From: Camelus ferus
Taxonomy: Eukaryota
Assembly: GCF_009834535.1 (NCBI RefSeq)
Contig: NC_045696.1
Coordinates: forward strand, 70,930,001-70,994,000
Length of the DNA: 64,000 nucleotides
Direction: 5' to 3'
Shown: one piece after another, positions 39,262-58,902 of the stretch
Numbering within the stretch: position 1 is the stretch's first letter
Layout: the number at the start of each line of letters is the position of its first letter
Made by a program: the position numbers and the translations under genes
The notes under the pieces: model-generated
Database searches by the model: none
What the model was told of the DNA's origin: nothing
The model's input: only the letters and a program-made list of their open reading frames with translations

Positions 39262-42200
39262 AGGAATTCAATTTTTTATTCATATCTTGAAAAGTATTCA
39301 AGGAAATCCATAAACACAGCCCATAGCAACATGTTAGAATCTCCTTGCTCTGTCCACTTCCCTCTTACCCCGGGTATATTGCTGCCCACTCACCACCTCC
39401 AGCCCAGAGCCTTCACCCCTGCACCCCAACTCACCCCTGCACCCCAACTCTCTCACCACTTTATTAGGTGGATTGGCTTAGCCTCCCTCCCAGCAAGAAA
39501 GAATGCTTCTCTAGGCTGGGAGAGTGAGGATTAGGCTATGAAGCACTCTCCTTGACAGTGGAAGGGTTGTGGTCACACCCACCGCAATGGCTTTCCTCCC
39601 ATCACACAGTGGAGGCCTGAGCGCTGTTTCCTCTGCCCCAGCATAACCTCGCCCTTTCGTGGGCCTAGCACTTTCCACCCAGTAATGACTCTCACAGCCA
39701 CCAGACCCGATGATAGTGAAGACATGAGTGCCAGACTATATGCCAAGCACGTTTCAGACCTTTACCATAGTCCTTATAACAGTCATGCAGATAACCATTA
39801 TTACCACTGTTTTGCAGGAAACTGAGGCTCAGATATGTCAAATGACTTGTCCAAGGTCACACAATCAAAAAACATCAGGCCTTGGATTCAAACCACTATC
39901 TATACCAAACTGCTGCTAGTTCAAGTCCAGCCATATTTCCAGAAAGTTTTCAAAAGCAGGAAATTGAAATGATGAAGCTCAGGTGACCAGATGGGTTACT
40001 AGCAAAGTTGGCTCTTCTGGCTCCCCAGGTCCCTCCTCCCCCATCCCTCCCTCAACTGCCTCCCTTCTCCTCACAAAATGTCACCTTCTGAGCCTGAATC
40101 CACTCAGCTGACTCTTCTTGGCAACCAAAATGAATACACACGTTCCAAACTATTAAGGTGACCACAACTATGCGGGGAGAACTCCGTCCAGCTTTGGAGC
40201 CGCTTTGACTGACCTGGGAGGCGGGGGGAGTGCCTCCCCTCCCCCTCCCTCCCTGCCCTCTCCCTGCTTGCCTGTGACTGCCACTTTCCAGCCCTCTTGG
40301 CTCCCTCTGTCCCCGACTGTGCTCCATTGTAGATGTCCAAACTCATTCCTTCCTCATCCGAGGCACCAAGTACCTGCCCTGCCGGTATCTCGCTGGACTC
40401 AGACAAAGGCCCCAGGATAAACCACCGAGAAGGTGCTCGGGCTGTGGGATTTCAGCCTGTACCCCGGCCTCCATTCCTGGCGTCGCCCAGATTCGGCACA
40501 GGCATCGACTGTCTTCAAACTCCGACAATCCAGGCAAAAGCTCACAAGATGTATGACTCTAGGGCCAAGAGACGAAAAGAGGGATACAGAACTATAAACA
40601 GGGTAAACTCAATAAAACCCACAGAAGAAAAAAAATGCTTCAAAGAGCTGTATTCTCTACAAAGAATTTTTCCCGGGTTTTTTCTTTAACCAAATTTTCT
40701 ACTTCAAGCAAACATTAGTTTTATAATTTAAAAAGATGGTTCAATAGAAATACCATTTGAAAGGTTCAAGTAAATCATGTTCAGAAAAAAAGATTAGGGG
40801 GAAAAAATCCAAAGTAAATGAGGATTATTTCTGAGTTGGCATTTTAATTTTATTAAGTAATTAACATTAAATTTCCTTCATTTTGTACTGTTCTGTTTGC
40901 CAAAACAGAACATTATATTTACAGAGAATGTAGACTCATTCTTGAAGAATCGTTACATTTATGATCAGACAAAAATAAACCCTACTTCTTTTATCCCTGT
41001 CAGGAAGTCCTCTCATTTGGCTCTCTCTGCGGGGGGGAAGGGAGAATTTAAAAGCTAGTCCTGAAGGTCTTCCCTGGTGCCATTTCCATGGTACCTCGGT
41101 TGGAACCTATGAGAAAAAGTTCCTTCATAATGACGTCAACCTTGCTGCTTAAAAAAAAGCCTCTAAAACTTATGAAAAACACAGTTGATGTGAATCATAT
41201 GTCTGAGTGGCCGAGTTCCCGCTAAGCTGGGAGAGCACACAGATGTGCAGGACAGAAATTCCTCCCCACATAGCAACTATTCCTCCACTGCACCCTGGTG
41301 AAGGTGAATGGCCTGGCCCTAGTCAGAGTCCCCGCCTGGAGGGTCAGCTGTGAAGTCCCCACTTCCCTACCTCCTCCCCCTTCAGTCTACTTTTTTCTAA
41401 CCTTCCCCTTGTCAAAAAGGAACAGCATCTGATAATAATCATTTGCATTTGTTGACTGGTAGTCCAACTGTAGCAGGTGACCTAATATCGTAACCAGTCA
41501 TTTTCATTTTAAAATTCCCACTTTCAGTAGTGGAAGGAAAAAATGTCTACTAAAGGAACTTCAGGCATCAGCCAGCAGGTGCAGTAATGGGGGAGGGGGA
41601 GGGGGGATGAGTCCTGGAAGTAAATGTGATTTAGACCTCCTGGGACCTGATAGGGTGGTCAGAAGGAGAGGTGTGGGGCCACTCTTCTGGGAGACAAGCT
41701 GGAGCTGGTCTGATTCCAGCTGCTGGGAAAGAATGTCCTCCAGCATCTGAGGTCCGCCCTTCCAGGATGGGTCCACCAGGTACCTCCCCCCACCATCTTC
41801 CATCTGCCCTCCACCTTTCACCTTGACCCCTTTCCTTAGAGTTTTCTGGCATGGTGCCTCTTCAGATGGTATTCGGTGAGATTTCAAACTACAGCCTGCC
41901 TGGTCTGCTAACCTGAAAACCTCTTCACGTTTCATGTGGTGTTTGAGACTCTCACAATTCCCACCATAAAACTTGTGCTTAAATTGCAACCTCTTCCTTG
42001 GTAGAGACTTTGCCATAAGGTTCCTTCCCCGTTATGAATAGAACCCCAACTCTTATTCCTCCTTTGCCAGACTCGAAAATGCCTGGATGCATTATATCCT
42101 GGCAGCAAACCCATGCAGGCAGAACTGACACCTTAAGGTATGTGACCTAATTGCATTGGGTACTAGATATTTCTTTAACTCTTACTCTAATTATATTTCA

Positions 42201-42825
42201 TCTTTATATATTATATAATTCCAGTGTTAGAAGAGATTTTGTACAATTGAAGCAAGACCTCATCCTCTATTCCTGCGGAGGTCCACTTCTCTCCCTGATA
42301 CTCCAAAGGGCTCTTTTTCTCAGAATCCACTCTCGCTCTGAGTTTAGATATCTACTGACAAACTGATTTCACATATATCTCATAGTTATGGGAGGTCTCT
42401 TCCCTTCTTCCCTTAGACCCATTCATAATTTTTTTTAAAAAAATCATTACATATCCCAATGGTTCATTCTGTCCCCTCCTTCAAGTCTTTATTCAATCAC
42501 CAGAGCACTCTGTGGTCATCTTTATTAAAACTGCGCTCAGAACTGCCACTCCAGAACACCTAAGTCCATTGTTCCTGCCCTATTTTTTCCATAGATCTTT
42601 TTCTGGCACGCTATGTACTTACTGTGTGTATTGACTATCTCCCTCCACTAGATTATAAACTCACACAGCCAGGACTGTTAGCCAGTTTAATTCACTGCTG
42701 AGTCCCCAGCACCAAGAACAGTGCCTGGCACAAAAAAAGATGCTCAATAAATATTAGTTGAGTGAATAAACTTACAGTGGCATGGCAGATTTGCTGAAAA
42801 TGAGAAGTGATGGATTGTTTACATC

Positions 42826-42987
42826 CCTGTTACTCACAGTGTGTTTCTGGACCAACAGCATCACATTACCTGGGAGCTTGTCAGCAATGCAGACTCTCAG
42901 GCCCACTCCAGACCTTCTGAATCAGAATCTACATTTAAACAAGACTCCCAGATGATTCATATGCACATTAAAGTTTGAAAAGCACTA
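42826..42987. mobile_element. MER5A hAT MITE
   Basis: cagcatcacattacctgggagcttgtcagcaatgcagactctcaggccc...tgcacattaaagtttgaaaagcact. Confidence 0.85.
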
Positions 42988-44621
42988 GGCTATGTATGAC
43001 AACAATTCAAACAACTGACACTTGAATCTTGGTCATCCCTCTTCTTATGAGACATTCTTATATGCAGGAAATAGTTAACAGTGGGTCTCTAGGGAGGGGA
43101 CCTGGATGGGGACAGGGATAGGGATGGAAGGAAGAAACTATTCCCTAGGAATCATCTTGTGCCTTTTGCATCCAGCTAGTAGCTATTTAAGTGTAAGTAA
43201 ATTGATTACTTGTGAAATGAATAGTAATAAAAAGTCTTCTGATGCTTCTCCATGGAATGTTTCTCCCTGGCCTCCTTTCTCTGTAGCCTCTTGTCTTGCT
43301 GCTTACTACCTGCCACCCCAGCTCTACCTCCAGACTAGTATAAAGAATATGTCTCTACCGATACCCACCCAGAAGGCAGAAAGGACCACAGAAGATTGGG
43401 TTTTGAAGAACAAGTTCTTTGCATTTTTTAGATTCATGTAAGGCAGAACCACAAAGAAATAAAAGAAACTGAAAACGTCACAGTCAAACAAGCATGGATG
43501 TAAATAACAGATGCAGTGTGGATGCTCCTCTCTCTCCCACATTACACACTTCAGATGTGTGTATGTGCGTGTGTGTGCACGTACACACACTAATGCTCCC
43601 CAAAAGCACCTAAACAAGACACAAGCTTGACTCTGCTTCCCTTTCATCTTTCCTCATCTCCCCTCAGAGTAGGGGCTGGTCAGGACCCCAGGACTCCATG
43701 GTAAACACCAGGGCCACCAGGGCCACCAGGGCCACCAGGACAAGTGGTGGCAACAACAGGCCATGAGGGGTAGAAATTCACAGCACAGCCACCTGCTCCA
43801 GCTCGTAAGGTCCGCAGCTACTGGGCTGGAAAAACCTGTCCGTGGCAGAGCTATCTTCCCAGTACCCAGACAGCAGCCTCACTGCCCCCTGTGTGGAGAA
43901 GGATTCAGTGTGATCCTCATCGCAGCCCTCCTCCCTGGCACCTACTCCCTCCACGTGTCCCCCTTCTTGTCCCAAAGCACTAATGGAGAATGAGGAGTCT
44001 CTGTCTCCACAGTAGGACCAGCAGCTCACCCAGGCATGGGGGATGCCGGAAGAGGAGAAAAAGTCCTGGCATCTCACAAGGAGGCTGTGTCTCAGCCAAG
44101 GATCCAGCCCAGCCAAGGCAGGTGGACTATAAGAGGTTGTGAATGACTCCTCCCAAAGGAAAGCTGGGGCCCTGGCCACCAGGCGAGAACCCCAACGGCC
44201 TACCTCTGCTGCCCAAGACAGGACAACCGTCAGGCCTGCCCAACATCCATCAGCTGAGGAGCTGGGTTCCCACTGGTGGGCTCCAGTCAATTCACTGAAA
44301 ATCAAATCACTGAATGCCAACTTGCCAAGTTCTCTGAGTTGCTGAGGATTATTTTTTTAATTTCTAGGTTTTTGCCTCCCCCACCACTTTAAATACAAAA
44401 GGTCATATGTCCCTTAAATTTCCTGCTTTCCCTATTTGTACAGATTTACATGTGCTCCAGCTCCAGAGCTGATCGTACAAACACCCTTCACTGAGTCAAG
44501 GACAGACATCACAGCCACTTCAAGAGAGGGTACAGAGGTGCTGCAAGGGCAGGACCCAGTGTGGGGGCGGGGCTGGGGCCAGGGGCCCAGGTAAACTAAG
44601 ACTCAGGAAAATGCTCAGTGA

Positions 44622-44740
44622 TTTCTTTTTTCTTTTCTTTCCTTTTTTTTTTTTTTTCTTTTCTTTTCTTTTCCTCTTCTTTTCTTTTCTTTCCCTCTTC
44701 TTTTCTTTTCTTTCTCTCTTTTTCTTTCTTTCTTTCTTTT
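44622..44740 (+). repeat. T/C-rich low-complexity (TTTTC)n tract
   Basis: ~120-nt pure pyrimidine run. Confidence 0.95.
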
Positions 44741-45724
44741 GGTGCTGAAACCAGATTCAACTCAATGATTTCTTCATAGCATAGGTTGGAATTCTTTCTT
44801 TCTGACAGGTGAACTTTTCCTTCCTTCTCACATGTTTGTGTATTGCCATAATTGTTCACAGTGATTTACTTTTATAATGAGCAAAAGTAATTCTGGCAGC
44901 TCCCCTTGTTCATGAGAACAGATACCAAAGCCAAACAATGTTAGAGAGAGGGGTCTCCATTCACAGAGCACTATCATCATTATATGACCCCTAAGAATTT
45001 TTCCCCTTTGTCACCTACAGTAATGTATTTCCGGTATTCCAGACTTTTCTCTCTTTTTTTTTTTCTTCCCACATCTCTGATCACAAAAGTTTGGTAAGTT
45101 AAAATATGCCCCTTTCAGCATGCCTGGCCAACCTCCTCCTTGTCCCAATTGTGTTACTTTATGAGACCTCCCCTTTCTGTCACTTTTGTTGTATCAGAAA
45201 TGTCACATTTTTGTTTTTTTATTTTCTGTTATTTTCATATAAGACTACAGATGAAAGGCAATGAGACAGTTGTTCAGAAACCTTTTTTGAAAGCAACTGG
45301 CTCTTCTTTGGAAAGTGGGCTTTCCTGGAAGCCGAGCAGCTGACATGTGTGTAGAGTCAGGGAACTTGGACTCCCAGTAAGTGCCTGGGCTGCCTCTCTC
45401 CAGCTCCCATTTCTCCCTCTCCCGGAGGAGGCACCTTCATACGTCTGTAGTCTGTAGTCTGTAGTCTGTAGCCATAAATTACTCAAATACCTGCACTGAC
45501 ACGGACTTGGCCCAAAGTGAACTGGTGGCTGCCAGCAGCGCCACCATGCGATGGCTCCGAGTGGCTGTTCCTCATCTGACCCCAAATCCAAGTCCGACAT
45601 GGCATGTAAAAGATGGCAAAGGGCAGTCACTGGAGAATGCTGAAAGGTGGTTCACAAGTAAAAAGGGGCAAAGTGGAGGATTGTGCAGGAAGGAGTTTTC
45701 TCTTCAAAAACCAAGTGTATCAGA

Positions 45725-45979
45725 CAGACTTGTGGTTACCAGGGGGGTGGAGGGTGGGAAGGGATAGACTGGGATTTCAAAATTGTAGAATAGGTAAACA
45801 AGATTACACTGTATAGCACAGGGAAATATACACAAAATGTTATGATAACTCACAGAGAAAAAATGTGACAATGAGTGTGTATATGTCCATGAATGACTGA
45901 AAAATTGTGCTGAACACTGGAATTTGACACAACATTGTAAAATGATTATAAATCAATAAAAAATATTAAAAAAAAAAAA
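45725..45979 (+). mobile_element. Young 5'-truncated L1 insertion
   Basis: Poly(A) tail; perfect 19-bp TSD aaaaaccaagtgtatcaga at 45706-45724 and 45980-45998. Confidence 0.93.
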
Positions 45980-46483
45980 AAAAACCAAGTGTATCAGAAA
46001 CACCCCATTTCTCCTCCGGCCAGAGGCCCTGTGTATTACCTTCCATCTCTTTCTGCTGAAGCTCAGAGGCCTAGGCAAGCCCTCTGCAAAGTAGGCCTGA
46101 CTGACCCCAGGGTAACAGATCAAATTTTAAATCCTACCAGCAACTGTTTTGAGACACTGTAATACTCGGCAAAAATGCCAGCCACGAGCAGTCCAGTGGA
46201 AACTAAACTTACGTCCAAATCCTGCCTTAGGTTGTCTGAGTTCTTGGAGCTCTATTCCATCTTGAAGACAGCCCAAGCCCCTCTGCCGAATCCAGCCATG
46301 CCGGCCAGCTGCTGCGCCATCCTGCTCCCTCCCTGGGTTTCTCCCTGCTCCCCCGAGGGTCAGAGGAAAGCGCCTGGGGCTCCTCTCTCCCCCTACCTAG
46401 CCTCAGAGCCTTCTTCACTGGGGCCCACTTAGGCCCCTGGTCACAATGAAACAACTATTAGCTCAAAGACTGGAAAAAAAAGT

Positions 46484-46489
46484 TTTAAT
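46484..46489 (-). terminator. CHRD: CHRD polyadenylation signal ATTAAA
   Basis: tttaat on the plus strand, ~385 nt past the stop, in a U-rich context. Confidence 0.75.
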
Positions 46490-46872
46490 AAATACAAAAA
46501 TCTCCAATAATGACTCTGCTCAGCTCAGGGGCAGCAGGAGTGAAGTGGGGGGACCCTTGGTGCTGAGTGAGGATAAATTAAAAATCCCAACAAGCCAGTG
46601 ACATTATGTACAGAAGGAAAGGGGTGGGGCTTCCAAGGCGGAGGCCGGAGGGTGACAAGGCAGGAGTTGGAATGGGCATAGCCTTGGTCTGGCCTGGCTG
46701 CCCCTCCCCCTTGTGGAGCTGTGGTTCCCAGAGGTAGTGGGGGAGGGAGAAGAGGCAGAAAAGAGGAGCCAAAGGCACTGTGTTTCCCGCAGGAGAATGC
46801 GGGGTCCTCGGCACCACTCCTTCCCCCGGCCCAGGCCCCGTCCTCTTGGTCATGAGGCCTTCTGGCTGCTCC

Positions 46873-55122
<8,250 letters not shown>

Positions 55123-55389
55123 GACGCGAACGGGACAGCTGGGGAGGCGGGAGGGAGGAGGGAGCAGGAGAGGGAGGAGGGAGGTGGGAGGAGGGCCGGG
55201 CCGGGGGCGGTACGGCGGGAGGGGGCCGGGGCCAGGGCCCGAGCAGTGCGGCGAGGGGCTCGTCGGGCGGCCGCGGAGTCGGCGCCGGGCCGGGTGGGGC
55301 GGGAGGAGCGGCCGGGAGGAGCGCCGGCGGGCGGGCGCTGACCCGGGCCGTACGCGGCTCTAGTGCCCCGGGGCGCCGGCTCTGGCCCG

Positions 55390-55396
55390 TTTTATG
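55390..55396 (-). promoter_or_regulatory. TATA-like box (CATAAAA) of CHRD
   Basis: Isolated AT-rich motif in the GC-rich promoter, ~270 nt upstream of the ATG. Confidence 0.55.
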
Positions 55397-57197
55397 CCCC
55401 GCGCCCGGCGCCCCGGCCGGGGGCCTCCTCCTCAGCAAACGGGGCGGCGGCGGCTCGGCGAGGGGCCGGGCTGAGCCCGGGGGGTCCGGCCCAGCAGCAG
55501 CGGCCCGGATCGCGAGTGGGGGAGGGGAGGGAGGGGCTGGGACCGGGCAGGGGAGGAGGGAGGGGCTGTAGGAGAAGGGGGAGCGGAGGGTGTAGGGGGA
55601 GGGGAGGGACCAGGGGGCGCGAAGAGGGGAGGAGAGGCAGGTCTGGAGCCCCCCACCCCCACCCCACCCCACCCCCACCTCCCCACCCCCTCTGCTGGCG
55701 TTCACAGGATGGCTGGACCAGAAGGTGCGTGTCCGGCCTGGGATGGGAGCCCCAAGCCAGGGAGGGGCAAAGGCTGGGCCTGAGGCCTGGGCCGGACACT
55801 GGGCTGGGACTCGGTTCCCTCTGGAAGGATGAAGAATTGTCTAAGGATGACAACGTGCAGAGAAGGCCTGTCAACTCATCTTCTGCTGACTCTGGGCCCA
55901 CAGCACCTCTCAAACCCCACAGCCACTCTCACCGCCTAGCCTGTGTCCCCACATCTTCTCTGAGATCTCTCCTCATTCTACTGTACCCCAGGATAAGGAC
56001 TTAGCCAGAAATAGATAGTGTCCCCTTTCTGTCTGGTGACAGTGCTTCTCTCCCTACTGTTACCTGTGTTCAGGCCCATCCAACCATCTTCGTCCCCAGC
56101 CTGACAAACTTTCTCACCCTCTTCCTTCACCCAGGGGACCCTCTGCCTCTCCACCCCACCCCCAACATCTTTTGTCTCCGTTTCTTAGTCATGACAGTCT
56201 CTCTGTCCCCTCCCACCCCCACACTCCCACCATCCTCCCAACCATCCCAGCACCGTCCTTCCTAATCTTGGGAGGCATCTTGTCTGGCTGAACTGGAGAA
56301 TTCCGGGATCTAGGCCATACTCCTTAGCAGACAGCCCCATCCTTGGGAGGAGGAGCAGGAGAGAGCCTGAGGAAGAAAGGGGGTGGGGGGGTTGGTGGGA
56401 ACAAGGTCAGGCCAGGAGGCCCCTGAGGACAGACTGTGGGGAGACTGGGACTGAGGGGAAAGCACAGGAACTAGAGCCAGGGCCAAAGGAAGAGGGGGGC
56501 CAGCGGGAGGTATTTGCGGGGGAGGTTCAGCAGCTGTCTTTCCTAAGACAGGGACACATGGGCCTGGTTATTGCTCTTGTCACATGTGGAGTGGTAGGAG
56601 ATGGAAGAGGGAGAAAGACAGGGCCAGCAAAGGAGAACATCAGCACAGAGATAAGTGGGCTTAGCTGTCAGAGCCACTGGTCCCCAGCAGAGGGGCACCC
56701 AAGGCCAGCTTAATCCAGCACACACTCCCCTCACCTTTGAGTCCTCTATCCCGGTAACACTGACCCCTGACAGGGTCTTCTCTAATACAGGCAATACCCA
56801 CATTCCCACTTGCAAAGGTAAAATAAGACATGACCCCCAGGGGGTTATCAGAGAGAAAAGGAGGAAAGCAAGAGCCCTACTGGATTTTAGCAGCAGGTGT
56901 GGTATACAGGGAAAAGAAATTTGGACAGCCAGGAACTGAAAGACCCCCCAGTTTAAACCAGACCTCTGTGTCTCTTCCTCAGGGACCAAAATGTCCTGCC
57001 AGATTCCTCCTGGAAAAAACCTGTTTCCCTCCCGTCTCCTCCCTCAGCCAGTTTCCAGATTTCCCATCTCCTCAGAAAAGAGAGATCCACCTATTCAGAT
57101 CCTCCCTGTAGTGTGTGTGGGTGGAGGAGCTGGGCTCCGCTAGTGGACCATGGTCCAGGCAGGGGCTCCAGGTCCAGAGTGGGTGGGAGGAGAAGGC

Positions 57198-57250
57198 GTC
57201 ACTTCCGGGGGCCATTGCCAGTGTCTGGTGGCTCCCTGCTCTCTGATTGG
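57198..57250 (+). promoter_or_regulatory. THPO TATA-less proximal promoter: Ets/GABP site ACTTCCG (57201-57207) and inverted CCAAT (57246-57250)
   Basis: Motifs seen directly; an ACTTCCG GABP site is the known key element of the human THPO promoter. Confidence 0.7.
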
Positions 57251-57259
57251 GCAGAAATA

Positions 57260-57386
57260 ACCTGGGCAGGCGTGTGACCCCACTGGCGTGGAGGGGCTAT
57301 GCCCCAACGCCACCTGTCTTCCTACCCATCTGCTCCACAGAGTGTTGCCTGCTCTGCCCCTGGGCCCTGGAGCCCTTCTCCACCTG
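57260..57386 (+). other. THPO: THPO non-coding 5' exon (major promoter; start approximate)
   Basis: tcttcctacccatctgctcc...cccttctccacctg resembles the human THPO 5'UTR; donor GTGAGT at 57387. Confidence 0.8.
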
Positions 57387-58727
57387 GTGAGTGGTGAGTG
57401 GCGAGCAAGGTTTGGAGTTAAGTGAGGGTAGGAAGGACTGGAAAGAGGAATTGGGCTCTCTGCTGGGGGAGGGGCAGGCAAACTGGAACCTACAGGCACT
57501 GACCTTTGTCGAGAAGAGTGTAGACTTCCCAGAATGGGAGGAGCAGGACAGAGCAGGGGTAGGGGGTGGGGTGCTGCTTTCTGAGGGACTGATCACAGAC
57601 TTGGTGGAATATGGCACAGTCCTGGCTGGCCCTAAGGAAAGGGGACCTAGGCCCAGGGAGAAAATAAGAAAGGAGGTACATTTCAGGCTTAGGGAACACA
57701 GATCCAAGCTGGACACAGCTGCAATCCCCATTCTTACCCAGTCATTCCTAGTTAGCTTACGGGGTTCTGAATCCTGGGGTTGGGGAAGCTGGGCCAGGCA
57801 AGCCAGGCACAGGGAGATGGTAAGGGGAGGAGGGCTCATGCATGTTGACAGACCTACAGGAAATCCCAATATTGAATCAGGTGCAGGCCTCTTTGCACAA
57901 CTTGTGAAAGAAGGAGGAAGCCATGTGGGGGGTCCTGTGAAGGAACCGGAAGGGGTCTGTGGCGGGGGCTGGGAGGAAGGTGAGGGCTAGGAGACGGATA
58001 TGGTGGGTGTCTAAGATGAGGTAAGCCCTGTAAGGCGGGCATCACCTCACCCAGCGGGTGATCATTCCTGGGCAACTTGCTTCAGGAAGGAAGTCTCAGG
58101 ACTGTTAGCCCATCTCTTTACCTTGGATAACCCAGTATTTCAGAACTTAAGAGTGCAAAGGAAAACTCCAAGAGACTTTATGTGTTGGGGTAAATAGAAA
58201 AAGAATGAGAGGTTAATTTCTCCCACACCACCTTCTCAATCTTTTAATCACCGACCTCTAGAAATCCAGTTTTATTTTTGCCTAATTCCCCTCTTCAACC
58301 CCATTCCCCAATCTACTCCTCAGCATACTTTGCATGTTTGGTACCTCCTCGTCCTGGCCCTATACCCTGTTTCCAAGCTCTTCTCCAATACTTCCATTCT
58401 CCATCCGCACCCTAGATTTTCTCCAGTGAAACAACCAGGGTTGCTCAGACTTTGAGGAGAATTGAGATGTGTGTGTACATATCCTGTCCTGCTGCTCTTG
58501 GCAGGGGGCAGGGGCCAGGGGCACCAGACCTGCCTCAGGTGTACTAAGGAACCCTGACAAAGAGGAGACGCTGTATGCTACAGTCACAAGACGATGTGGG
58601 AGCACTCCAAGCTTCAGCAGTTCTAGGCTGGTCAGCATCTCACACCTTCCCAGCATCTGTTCCCCGAGCCAGGCAGAGTCTTTTCCTTGAAACTCGATTA
58701 AATGTTCCTTATTCCTGTCACTTGCAG

Positions 58728-58889
58728 GATAGATTCTAGACCCTCTTCCTCGACCCACCTGTGCCCCACCTGTGCCCTACCCTACTCTTCCCAGAAGTGC
58801 AAGAGCCCAAGCCGCCTCCATGGCCCCAGGAAGGATTCAGGGGAGAGGCCCCATACAGGGAGCCACTCCAACCAGACAGCCTGGCCAGA
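58728..58889 (+). other. THPO: THPO 5'UTR part of the ATG-containing exon
   Basis: Acceptor cttgcag|gatagattc; resembles the human 5'UTR. Confidence 0.85.
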
Positions 58890-58902
58890 ATGGAGCTGAC
58901 TG
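58820..58902 (+). promoter_or_regulatory. Inhibitory overlapping uORF (orthologue of human THPO uORF7)
   Basis: ATG at 58820, 70 nt upstream of and out of frame with the main [30 protein letters not shown], runs across the splice junction. Confidence 0.85.
58890..58902 (+). CDS. THPO: THPO first coding segment (MELT + 1 nt)
   Basis: agaATGG Kozak context; donor GTAAGA at 58903. Confidence 0.93.

Noticed and set aside
41561..42016. 151-aa minus-strand ORF
   Set aside because: No recognisable domain or exon structure; length compatible with chance; a BLASTP/PhyloCSF check would settle it
44596..44859. Lys/Glu/Arg-rich 87-aa ORF
   Set aside because: Translation of a low-complexity (TTTTC)n tract
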